A stretch of 64,000 bases of DNA from Mobula hypostoma (Eukaryota): positions 94,490,001 to 94,554,000 of the forward strand of contig NC_086108.1 in NCBI RefSeq assembly GCF_963921235.1, given 5' to 3'. A program made the position numbers and the translations under genes. The notes beneath the pieces were generated by a model, which saw only the letters and a program-made list of their open reading frames with translations, was not told the origin of the DNA and ran no database searches. Below are positions 1 through 11,654 of this stretch, in pieces (within the stretch, counting starts at the first letter, position 1; each line of letters opens with the position of its first letter).

Positions 1-1004
1 ATTGCTAAGAGAAACAGCACATGAAAAATGTAAGAACAATAAGCACCATGGAAGTTATGTATTAACCAGCACAATCAACTTTGCAATGCAGATTTTAAAA
101 AAACATACACTCCACAATGGAAACCTTCCACAGATGTAGCAAGGTGAAAACTACCAATCCCAAAATTATTAACAGTTGTGTATATTTGTTAAAGAACATG
201 AAGCATTACGTACAAAAACAATTCAAACATTTCAACAGCAGTTAACATGCATTCTTCACTTGCCATTCTTTCCAATACCAAATTTACTCTGGTAATGTAA
301 CTGCTGCAAAAACGTGTTTTGTTTTCAACCCTTCTGGAAAAGAGAGCTTACATTACAACTAGGAGTTAAAACTAACCATGAAGCAAGGACATATGCCACG
401 TAAAATTAAGACTAAATAGCCTACTATTGATCTGATGGTTTTATCAAAGTTAATAATGTTACTCTTTAAAATTCTGTCAACTCCGTCAGACTCATTTAAA
501 AAAAAAATGAACCAAGGGTAGGTAAACTTTTTTTTAAAGACAGTTTCACCCCAGTTACAAGTCGCACATTAAAAAACATTTCAATTGCAAACTTAAATAA
601 GCCACAATAAATTTGCTTTCAGTATTAAACAGTAGGAGAGCAACTGGTTACACAAACTGAAGCATTAATTGTCAATTCACGAGCATTAACAATACTGATT
701 TTCAGAAAGATGCAAGAAACAGGCTGTGGAGCGTTTAAAGTACTGCATTGATTTGATGCTCCCAATTCTGATTGCCCGTTGTGTAAATATAATATTCTGA
801 AAACTTCCAATCCTGTGCACTTCCACACATGATGTAAGTGATTGGTTGTTACACATGAAAACTCATGACAGTTGTAACTTGACCAATGACCCTCTGACAC
901 CAGTCTGCAAAGTTGTGAATGAAGCTGAAAGTTGCAGACAGGCCAGGTCATTGTTAATGTGCGGTAAAAGGACATCTGTGTAAAAGTAAATTTGCTGGTT
1001 AAGT
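1..1004 (-). other. DR1: DR1 3' UTR (probably continues beyond the window)
   Basis: AT-rich, TE-free sequence after the stop codon. I saw no AATAAA on the minus strand within it. Confidence 0.75.
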
Positions 1005-1154
1005 TTAAACATCATCCTCTTCATCTTCGTCTTGCGATGATCCTGCTTTGTTGAGTGGATTGGACGTGGCTGATGCTGCTAATTGTGCTTGCTGAGCAGC
1101 TTGCTGCATCTGTAACCACTCCTGCTGGGCTAATTCTGCCTGCTGCTGTCTGGC
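1005..1154 (-). CDS. DR1: DR1 coding exon 3 (Gln/Ala-rich region and acidic tail)
   Basis: Acceptor ttccag|GCC. Encodes ARQQQAELAQQEWLQMQQAAQQAQLAASATSNPLNKAGSSQDEDEEDDV, then TAA at 1005-1007. The spliced CDS is 537 nt (178 aa). Confidence 0.98.
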   Translation of the reverse strand, partial: ARQQQAELAQQEWLQMQQAAQQAQLAASATSNPLNKAGSSQDEDEEDDV

Positions 1155-1567
1155 CTGGAATTTTAAAAAAAAGGACATCTGTAAATACTTTCCATAGTAA
1201 CCTGGTGATCTGCCAAATGACTGAAGGTCATACTGACAGAAGGACAACATCATAATCCTGCAATGATCTAGCTGATCAGATTTCAATACATAATGGAAGA
1301 GTCCACAAAGGCAGATTGAAACCAAATGAGACAGCACTCGAGGCCAAAACAGGAAAACACCTACACTCAAAGAGTTTGGGAAACTACAATTATGCTTAAG
1401 AATACCATGGCAGTAATATTTATTAACACCTGGTATCACTTGCTTTTCTATTTTCCATAGAATTAGGTTTATCTTCAGGTAGAAACGACATGCTAAAATC
1501 CATAATAGTTAAAAGAAACAAACATAATGTTTGCAGAATAAAATATTGCTATTATTTTTATTTAGAG

Positions 1568-1647
1568 CAGGAGTTTCCAACCTGGGGTCCACGGACCCCC
1601 TAGTTAATGGTAGGAGTCCAAGGCACAAAAAAGGTTGGGAACCCCTG
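1568..1647. mobile_element. hAT (Charlie-like) MITE, 80 bp
   Basis: TIRs CAGGAGTTTCCAACC / GGTTGGGAACCCCTG. Perfect 8-bp TSD ATTTAGAG at 1560-1567 and 1648-1655. Confidence 0.85.
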
Positions 1648-1659
1648 ATTTAGAGATAC

Positions 1660-1883
1660 AATACTGTAACGGGTCCTTCTGGCCCAACAAGCCTGCGCTG
1701 CCTAATCATACCCATGTGGCCAATTAACCCATTAACTGGAGCATCTTTGGAATGTAGGAAACTGGAAGAATCATACGTGGTCTCAGGGTGAATGCACAAA
1801 CTACCTAGAGACAGCAAGAGAATTGAACCCAGGTCACTGCCGCTGTAATACTGTTACATTAACCACTCAGCTACCGTGCGCCC
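1660..1883 (-). mobile_element. tRNA-derived SINE (HE1/V-SINE-like)
   Basis: Minus-strand head GCACGGTAGCTGAGTGGTTA...GGGTTCAATTC (A and B boxes) and a CR1-type tail GGGCCAGAAGGACC. Confidence 0.7.
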
Positions 1884-2024
1884 TAAAATACCGAAGCGTT
1901 ACAGTTTCAGAAGCCTGCCCCATTTATTACAAGATCAAAGGATCAGAGAAACATAGGTGCAGGAGGCTATTTGGTCCATGTGATCAAGAATGAAATAATC
2001 TCATTTCCCAGCTCTTGGACTGTT

Positions 2025-2390
2025 GAAAGTTCAAAGTAGATTTATTACCAAAGTACATATCACCATATACACTGAGATCAATTTTCCTGCGGGTATACTC
2101 AAATCAAATAACCATAATAGAATCTATGAAAGACTGCACCAACTGGGCATCTAACCAGTGGTAAAAGACAACAAACTGCAAATACAAAAATTAAAAAAAA
2201 TAAATATGGAGAACATGAAATGAATAGTCCTTGAAAAGTGAGTCCATAGGTTATGGGAACTTTTCAAAGATGGGGCAAATGAAGTTGAGTGAAGTAATTA
2301 CCTTTGTTTCAAGAGCCTGATAGCTTAAGGGTAATAACTGTTCCTGAACCCGGTGCTGTGAGCCCCAAGGCTCCTGTACCTTCCAACACA
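2025..2390 (-). mobile_element. Rex1/Babar-like LINE 3' fragment
   Basis: Same 3' tail (AATAAATCTACTTTGAACTTT) as the Rex-type copies ending near 15880, 34500 and 52690. Confidence 0.65.
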
Positions 2391-2418
2391 GTTTACATCT
2401 AAATAAGTACAAATACAT

Positions 2419-4013
2419 CATCATCAGGTGCCATGCCCAGATTGAGCTTTGACTGCCATGGCCCACACACTCCTGTTTCGGGTCAAGAGGATCAATTCAT
2501 TGGTATTCATTTCCAGTTCTCTGGCTGCTGTCTCCATCATCATTTGTCTCTGCCTTCCTTTTGCTTTCTTCCCTTCAATCTTTCCTATAATTACCGTGCA
2601 TTCCAACTCCTCTTTCCTAATCACATGTCCAATGAAGTTACGTTGCCTTTTCATGATCTCATACATTTCTCTTTTTGTGCTTGCTCTGTTCATGACATCC
2701 TCGTTAGATATTCGTTTCGTCCATATGTTTTGCATTTTCCTCAAAAATATCTCTGCTGCTTCGATTCGTTTCCTCATGTTACTAGATATTGTCCAACATT
2801 CTGAGCCATATAACATAACTGGATAAACGTAACATTTCAGTACTCTGAGGCGGGTTGTCATACCTAGTTTAGTGTTGGTCAGTATACTCTTCATTCTCGT
2901 AAAGGTGTCTTTTGCCATCCCTATTCTTCTTTTGATGTCCATGTTGCACCTGCCATCTGATGTCACTCAGCTTCCTAAGTAGCAAAAGTTGTGTACTTGT
3001 TTTATGTCTTCCCCGTTTATTTTCAGCCTGCAGATAGGATTCTCCTCCTTTGTGGATATCACCATACATTCTGTCTTTTTGCGATTGATAGATTTTTGCA
3101 CTTCCTTCAACAACTATATCAATTAAGTTTTGTAGTTCTTCCTCCGTACTTACAATTAACACAGTGTCATCTGCATATCTGAAATTATTTGATGTTTTCA
3201 CCACCAACTTTGATTCCCAAGATGTCTCTTATTTTTTGTAATATTGTTTCACTGTACACATTAAATAAATCAGGGGAGAAAACACACCCTTGTTTAACGC
3301 CTCTCTTGATTTTCGTAAACTGACTTCACCTATTCTTACAGCAGCAGTTTGTTCCCAGCACAGATTTCTCTGATTAAGCGGAGGTCTTTCGAATCTAGAT
3401 CTAGAGTTTCCTGTAATATTTCAAATAACCTATTGTGCTTCACTTTATCAAATGCTTTTGTGTAGTCGATAAGACAAACAAACAAATCTTTTTGCACTTG
3501 AATAGCTCGTTCTGATAGTATCCTTAACATCAAAATCACGTTTCTTGTACCTTTGTCTTTCACAAAACCACATTGTTCTTTACCTATTTCAGCTTGTATC
3601 TTACTTTTAGCTCTTGTCATCACAATTCTTAGAAGTATCTTAGTGATATGACTCATTAAATTTATGGTCCTATGTAATTCACGTTCTATTGCTCCAGTTT
3701 TCTTAGGAAGAGTGATAAATACTGATTTTTTCATCTCTTCTGGTATTATTCCAGTCTCATAAATGTCATTGATTAAATCAGTAAGTTTTTCAATTCCATA
3801 ATCTTCAAAGGCGATAATTTGTTCTAATTACTAATTCATCAGGACCTACTGCCTTTCCTTTCTTCATCTTATTTATTGCATTACGAACTTCAGATTTAAA
3901 AATACTTGGACCTTCAAATGTTTTTCTTAATTTCTGGTTTTTTGCCTCGATCGTCTTCAAACAATTCCTGAATATACTCAGTCCACCTGTTCATAATCTT
4001 ATCTTCTTCCATG
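2419..4013 (-). mobile_element. RTE-clade LINE, RT and 3' part (degenerate)
   Basis: Motifs EQCGFVKDKGTRN, IDYTKAFDKV, NNFRYADDTVLI and LKCYVYPVMLYGSECW. (GAT)n tail. Contains frameshifts. Confidence 0.92.
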
Positions 4014-7000
4014 AACAAACATTCGAGGTCGGCCGAGGTGCGACAATTGAAACGAATTAGTCAAAGCATCAGCCAATATAATCAAGGTTTGCTCTAGGGG
4101 AGTGGCCTTGTCGAGGGAAGTGCCTTGTGAGAAAAGTGAGTGTCTTTGGCGAGGAGGCTGAGGGAGGAGTCTACACCACAGTTTGAGAGGGTGAGAAGTG
4201 GTGAAGAAATGACAGGTCAACTGATTCAGTGTGATGCTTGCATGATGTGGGAGGTCAGGGACTTTGATGGTGCCTCTGGGAAGTGGAAAATGTGTCCAGG
4301 TTCAGCTCCTGAAGCACCGTGTTGAGGCACTGGAGAGGCAACTGGATAACCTCAGGTTCATCCGGGAAACCGAGAGCTTTCTGGACCAGGACCTACAGCG
4401 AGGGATCGTTACACCGAAGATACCTGAAGAGAGAAGGGGGGGGGGGCGACGATGAGGAAGGGGTGGATGCTTGGAGTACAGGAGACCCCGGGGGATATAC
4501 CTCTTGGAAACAGGTTCACCCTCTTGGAAGCTGTCGGGACAGAAGACAGTGCCAGTCTGAGAGGCGGACAGGTCTGCGAGTCAAAAATTGGCGCTGAAAC
4601 AAAGCCGAGGAGACAAAAGTCAGACCGAGGCGTGGTAGTAGGGAACGCCATAGTGAGAGGTACAGAAAGGGGTTTCTGCGGCAACAGGTGGGATTTAAGG
4701 ATGGTGTGTTGCCTCCCTGGTGCCAGCATCAAGGACGTCACAGACTGATTGCAGGGCATCCTCAACGGTGAAGGTGAACAGCCAGAAGTGGTGGTGCATA
4801 TCGGCACAAATGACGTCGGGAGGAAGAGGAAAGAAATTCTGCAGCGTGACTTCAGAGAACTTGGAAGAAGGCTGAAAAGCAGGACTTCCAGGGTGGTTAT
4901 CTCCGGTTTGCTTCCAGTTCCTTGTGCTGGTGAGGGCAAGAACAGGGAGCTAGGGGATCTGAATGTGCGGCTGAGGAGCTGGTGCGGGAGGCAGGGATTT
5001 AGATTCTTGGACCACTGGGATCTGTTTTGGGGTAAGGATGAATTGTATAGAAGGGACGGGTTGCATCTTAACAGATGGGGCACCAGCATTCTGGCGGGCA
5101 GGTTTGCCTCTGCAACACGGGTGTGTTTAAACTAAGTAGTGGGGGCCAGGGGGACAAACTGGAAATAGAAGGATGGAGTTAAAGGGAAAGAGAGAATAAA
5201 AAAAGTTAAGACAGACAACAGAATTAATGGGGCAGAAAGCTCAGGAAGGGATTGGAGAGCAAGGCCAAGTGCAATAGGAATCGATGTGAAAGGTGAGGGG
5301 AGTAAAAGTATTACTTTAAATGGATTAAAAGTATTATATATGAATGCACGGAGTATAAGAAATAAAGTGGATGAGCTTGAGGCTCAGTTGGAAATTGGCA
5401 AATATGATGTTGTGGGAATAACAGAGACATGGCTGTAAGAGGACCAGGGCTGGGAAATGAATATTCAGGGGTATACATCCTATCGAAAGGACAGGCAGGT
5501 TGGCAGAGGGGGTGGGGTGGCTCTGTTGGTGAGGAATGAAATTCAGTCACTTGCGAGGGGGGACATAGAATCAGAAGATGTAGAGTCAGTATGGATAGAA
5601 CTGAGAAACTGTAAGGGCAAGAAGACACCAATAGGAGTTATCTACAGGCCCCCAAACAGTAGCCTGGATATAGGGTGCAAGTTAAATCAAGAGTTAAAAT
5701 TGGCATGTCACAAAGGTAATACTACGGTTGTTACGGGGGATTTCAACATGCAGGTAGACTGGGAAAATCAGGTTGGTACTGGACCCCAAGAAAGGAAGAT
5801 TGTGGAATGCCTCAGAGATGGATTCTTAGAGCAGCTTGTATTAGAGCCTACCAGGGAGAAGGCAATTCTGGATTTAGTGTTGTGTAATGAGCCAGATTTG
5901 ATAAGGGAACTTGAGGTAAAGGAGCCATTAGGAGGTAGTGACCATAATATGACAAGTTCTAATCTACAATTTGAGAGGGAGAAGGGGAAATCAGAAGTGT
6001 CAGTATTACAGCTGAACAAAGGGGACTATACACCCATGAGGGAGGAGCTGGCCAAAGTTGACTGGAAAGATACCCTAGCAGGGATGACAGTGGAACAACA
6101 AGGCAGGTATTTCTGGGAATAATACAGAAGGTGCAGGATCAGTTCATTCCAAAGAGGAAGAAAGATTCTAAGGGGAGTAAGGGGCGACTGTGGATGACAA
6201 GGGAAGTCAAGGACAGTATAAAAATAAAAGAGGAAGTATAACATAGCAAAGATGAGCGGGAAGCCAGAGGATTGGGAGACTTAAGTAGCAACAGAAGATA
6301 ACTAAAAAGGCAATACGGGGAGAAAAGATGAGGTACGAAGGTAAGCTAGCCAAGAATATAAAGGAGGATAGTAAAAGCTTCTTTAGGTACGTAAAGAGGA
6401 AAAAATTAGTTAAGACCAAAGTTGGGCCCTTGAAGACAGAAACGGGTGAAATTATTATGGGGAACAAGGAAATGGCAGACGAGCTGAACAGGTACTTTGG
6501 ATCTGTCTTCACTAGGGAAGATACAAACTATCTGCCAGATGTAATAGAGGCTAGAGGACCTAGGGTAACAGAGGAACTGAAGGAAATTCACATTAGGCAG
6601 AAAATGGTGTTGGGTAAACTGATGGGACTGAAGGCTGATAAATCCCCGGGGCCTGATGGTCTGCATCCCAGGGTACTTAAGGAGGTGGCTCTAGAAATTG
6701 TGGATGCATTGGTAATCATTTTCCAATGTTCTATAGATTCAGGATCAGTTCCTGTGGATTGGAGAGTAGCTAATGTTATCCCACTTTTTAAGAAAGGAGG
6801 GAGAGAGAAAACAGGCAATTATAGACCAGTTAGTCTGACATCAGTGGTGGGGAAGATGCTGGAGTCAATTATAAAAGATGTAATAGCAGCATATTTGGAT
6901 AGCAGTAGCAGGATAGGTCCGAGTCAGCATGGATTTGCGAAGGGGAAATCATGTTTGACTAGTCTTCTGGAATTTTTTGAGGATGTAACTATGAAAATGG

Positions 7001-8192
7001 ACATGGGAAAGCCAGTGGATGTAGTGTACCTGGACTTTCAGAAAGCCTTTGATAAGGTCCCACACAAGAGGTTAGTGGACAAAATTAGAGCATATGGTAT
7101 TGGGGGTAATGTACTGACATGGATAGAAAATTGGTTGGCAGACAGGAAACAAAGAGTAGGGTCCTTTTCAGAATGGCAGACAGCGACTAGTGGGATACCG
7201 CAAAGCTCGGTGCTGGGACCGCAGCTATTTACAATATACATTAATGATTTAGATGAAGGGATTAAAAGTAACATTAGCAAATTTGCAGATGACACAAAGC
7301 TGGGTGACAGCGTGAAATGTGAGGAGGATGTTATGAGAATGCAGGGTGACTTGGACAGGCTGGGTGAGTGGGCAGATGCAGTTTAATGTGGATAAATTTG
7401 AGGTTATCTACTTTGGTGGCAAGAACAGGAAGGCAGATTACCATCTGAATGGTGTCAAGTTAGGAAAAGGGGAAGTACAATGAGATCTGGGTGTCCTTGT
7501 TCATCAGTCACTGAAAGTAAGCATACAGGTACAGCAGACAGTGAAGAAAGCTAATGGCATGTTGGCCTTCATAACAAGGGGAGTTGAGTATAGGAGCAAA
7601 GAGGTCCTTCTGCAGTTGTACAAGGCCTGGTGAGACCCCACCTGGAGTATTATGTGCAGTTTTGGTCTCCAAATTTGAGGAAGGACATTCTTGCTATGGA
7701 GGGAGTACAGTGTAGGTTCACTGGGTTAATTCCAGGGATGGCGGGAATGTCATAAATTGAAAGATTGGAGCGATTGGGATTGTATACACTGGAATCGAGA
7801 AAGATGAGGGGGATCTCATTGAAACATATAAGATTATTAAGAGATTGGACACGCTAGAGGCTGGAAACATGTTCCCGATGTTGGGGGAGTCCAGAACCAG
7901 AGGCCACAGTTTAAGTATAAGGGGTAGGCCATTTAGAACGGAGTTGAGGAAAAACTTTTTCACACAGGGTTGTGGATCTGTGGAATGCTCTGCCTCAGAA
8001 GGCAGTGGAGGCCAATTCTCTGGATTCTTTCAAGGAAGAGTTAGATAGAGCTCTTAAAGATAGTGGAGTCAAGGGATATGGGGAGAAGGCAAGAATAGGG
8101 TACTGATTGTGGATGATCAGCCATGATCACAGTGAATGGCAGTGCTGGCTCGAAGGGCCAAATGGCCTACTCCTGCACCTAGTGTCTACTGT
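4014..8192 (+). mobile_element. Full-length degenerate CR1 LINE nested in the RTE
   Basis: 5' UTR, then ORF1 with a CxxC zinc-finger-like N-terminus and SGNH esterase motifs (VVGNAIVRG, HIGTND, DGLHLN). ORF2 has an AP endonuclease (GDFN, SDHN) and RT (YLDFQKAFDKV, KFADD). CR1 tail GGCTCGAAGGGCCAAATGGCCTACTCCTGCACCT. Has stops and frameshifts. Confidence 0.95.
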
Positions 8193-9368
8193 CCTTAACT
8201 TTCAAACAGCCACCTGAAGAACAGAGGAGCTTTTTACCAGTGATATTCTTGATTTGTTGATGTAACCTTTTTGGATCAGTAATTCTTTCTAGTTGCTCAC
8301 ATTCCTGGTTTAATCTTTCTTCTTGGCTTTTTGACATCAGCTTTTAACTTTTTAATCTAAGGACTTGTATTCTATAGGATTTGCTTTCTTCCGTCTCCTT
8401 TCTTCCATTAGATTTTTGATTTCATCTGTCATCCATTTATTCTTTGTGCTTTTTTCTTTTTTAAGAATCACTGACTTTGCTGATTCTACCAAGGCATCCT
8501 TCAGAGAGTTAAACTTCATTTCTATATGATTGCTATCATCTTCAACAGATTCTATTTCTAGACTTTGAAATCTATTCCTTACTTCAATTGTAAATTTTTG
8601 TCTTAAGTTTTCTTCTTTAATTAATTGCAAGTAGTCAAGGGATTGTTCAGGTTTTTGCTGCTTTAGTTTTTTTAAGTTTTACTTTTACATGACACACTAC
8701 TGGGTTATGGTCACTATTACAATCTGCACCTGGATATGTTTTGCATTGAGTCACTGAGTTTCTAAATCTTTGGTTTGTAGTAATAAAGTCAATTTGATTT
8801 CTAGTGTTATCACCTGGACTTTTCCAGGTCCACAAGCATCTTGGATGGTTTTTAAAGTAGGTATTCATAATGACCTGATTATTCATCTTGCACCATTCTA
8901 CCCATTTCTCACCTCTCTCATTTCTTTCCCCTAGTCCAAATTTTCCTATGGTATTTCCATCAGCACCTTGTCCTACTTTAGAATTTAGATCTCCCATGAC
9001 AATAACAATATCTTGAGATTTGCATCCATTCTTTGCTTGTTTAAGCTCTTCATAGAATTTATCTATATCCTCATTTGTTCCATCTGTTGTTGGTGCATAT
9101 ACCTGTATAATTGCTAAATCAAATGGTTGTCCTCTGAATCTAACAAGGAGCACTCTTTCTGATATTGCCCAATGTCCTAAAACACTTGTTTTCATCCTTA
9201 AGAATTCCTACTCCATTAGTATGGGATATTTCACAAGAATAAATTAGTGTTTTATTTCTATTCTGACATGTTCTAGCACCTATCCAACGAACCTCGCTAT
9301 GATGTTAATTTTCAGTCTTTCCATTTCATTTATCACATTGTCCAATCTTCTTGTTTGATATAGTCCTG
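8193..9368 (-). mobile_element. RTE-clade LINE, endonuclease and linker part
   Basis: Motifs IIQVYAPT, VMGDLNSKVG, RNQIDFI and DCNSDHNPV. It continues the reading interrupted at 4013. Confidence 0.92.
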
Positions 9369-9875
9369 GGTATGATTCTAAACTGTAATCGGTGATGAGG
9401 CTCTGATTGGGGACTTTCAGAGCTTTGGGGAAAGTGAAGTTACCCCTTTGTCATTCATTGCTCCCAGGACCGCTCTGACCCGCACCTGCAAGGGTTCCTG
9501 CTCAGGATACGAGCGAAGGCCAACGGCAGATCCCGCAGGTTCAGTAACTGAACATATGACGGAGAAGGCGGATGAGCTACGACCTCAATTGACAATGGCT
9601 ATAGTACAGGCGGATGAACATTTGGGAAGAGAAATGGCGATTTCTTCAGTTCGTCCAACGGTAGGCAATAGCAAACCACCGTTGTTAGATACTAGGTTTC
9701 CTAGAATCTATTTGCTAAGAAAACCATTGCCAAACTCTCAAAATGTATCACACAACAACAGCGTCAAGAGGATCTTCAAGACAATTCTGAAGATGCTTCG
9801 ATCGGTAGGGTTGATTCCGGTCAGCAGGGGATTCCCGACTGTCATCAAGCTACTGCTCATAAAATTCAAGTAACG
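9363..9875 (+). mobile_element. Inverted 5' segment (5' UTR and ORF start) of the same RTE
   Basis: RTE-type GGCAATAGCAAACCAC motif on the plus strand. It lies inside the TSD CAAATACAT (2410-2418 / 9876-9884). Confidence 0.7.
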
Positions 9876-10044
9876 CAAATACATACCAAACAAAAATCAA
9901 GTTAGAGGAGTTTGGGTGGGTGGGGGTGGGGAGGGGGAAGAGAGAAAAAAAGAGCAAGGACGGAAATCTTCTGTGAGTTAAAACTCAAATGGACGTTCCA
10001 CAATTAAAGTACAATTTATTTCAACTGTATTCAAGTTCATCTGT

Positions 10045-10810
10045 AGAAGTACTTGGACAGATTAAGAGAATGGGCAAAGTGGCAGATGAAATATAGTGTA
10101 GGTAAGTGTATGGTCATGTGTTTTGGTAGAAGAAATAAAGGTGTAGATAATTTTCTAACCGGGGAGGAAATTCAGAAATCAGAAGTGCAAAGGGACTTGG
10201 GAGTCCTAGAGCAGGATTCCCTAAACATTAACTTGCAGGTTGAGTCAGTAGTTAAGGATTTCACAAGGACTAGAATATAAAAGCAAGAATGTAATGTTTT
10301 ATAAGACATTGGTCAGATTGCATTTGGAGTATTGTGAGCAGTTTTGGGCACCTTATTTAAAGGGGTCCAGAGGAGGCTCATGGGAATGAAAGAGTTAATG
10401 TATGAGGCAAGTTTGGTGGCTCCTAGCCTGTAGTTCTGGAGTTTAGAAGGGTGGGGGAGAAATCTCTTTGAAACCTGTCGAATATTGAAAGGCCTAAATA
10501 GAATGGACGTGGAGAGGATGTTTCCTATAGTGGCTGAGTGGCTGTGACCAATGGGCACAGCCTCAGTATAGAAAGACGTCCCTTTAGAATAGAGATGAGG
10601 AGGCATTTCTTTAGCCAGAGAGTGGTGAATCTGTGGGATTCATTGCCACAGATGGCTATATTTAAACAGAAGGGTATATTTAAAAAGGAGGTTTATAGGG
10701 GAGAAGGCAGGAGAATGGGGTTGGGGTTGAGAAACTGCACCATGAGTGAACAGCTGAGCAGACTCCCTGGGCTGAATGGGCTAATTCTGTTCCTATACAT
10801 TATGGTCTTC
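10045..10810 (+). mobile_element. CR1 LINE 3' fragment
   Basis: KWQMKYSVGKC, FFSQRVVNLW and a CR1 tail. Confidence 0.88.
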
Positions 10811-11654
10811 AGGTGTTCTTGCCCTGACCATCAAAGTAACTTGAAAGCAAACCTTCAATGCAACTTTCTAACCAAGTGACTGGGTACAAAAGTGCACCAA
10901 AACCTTTCAGGGAAAAAGGGAAGGTGGCTGAAGGTAGATGAAAGTCTTGAGAGGTAGCTAAACTCAGAGGTTGGGGAAGCATAATGATTCTACAACCATA
11001 ATTGGAGTGTATGTGCTAGAAGGAGCAGACTGATCTACTAATGGATAGAATCAAAAGCATGGATGGCATAATCGAGTTTTAATAACCAGACGAAGCTGCA
11101 TGTTTGGGGGGGGGTGAGGGGTGGTGAAGAAGCAAGGTAAAAAAGATTCTGAATTTGGTGGATTAGAGCTGGGAGTCAATAAAGCTATTAAAAACATGTA
11201 ATGAGAGTAGCTCAGAATCAAAAATTTGATTTGTCTAATGACCTCAACTGGAATAAAACAACATAGCATGTAATCTGAATTTACAAAATTGCATTTTACT
11301 GATTTAAAAAATGGAATTAAAGTTGTAGAAAAACGGAGCAGTAAAATTAAAACTTAAAAACTGCCTGTATGAGAAGTACAAGGATGTGAAATTTCTTTCA
11401 CTGAAGAACAAGAATCAGCTGGGGTTTTATAACAATCTCGCAGTTTTGTGACTATCATTACTGAAACCGGGGTTTTAATTGGCAATTTATGCTAATTATT
11501 TGCACTTAAATCCCCCATCTCTGTGGCTCTAGATAAGTGATTCAGACCTCTGGTCGGAAGGAAGAGAGATAAAGCAAAACTGAAAATCTGTAAAAGCATT
11601 CCTAGCAAATTGTTTGGAGGCACGTTATCAATAATCTCAAAGGTTGTGGCAGCA

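Noticed and set aside
42..697. miR-29 (42-48) and miR-200b/429 (691-697) seed matches in the 3' UTR
   Set aside because: Single 7-mers are expected by chance in 1 kb and cannot be supported without conservation data.
1820..1883. tRNA genes (also near 56350 and 58310)
   Set aside because: The A and B boxes belong to SINE heads followed by SINE bodies, and there is no complete cloverleaf.
9448..9873. 141-aa ORF as a novel protein
   Set aside because: It has a TTG start and lies in the inverted RTE 5' segment. The RTE-like peptide is in a different frame.
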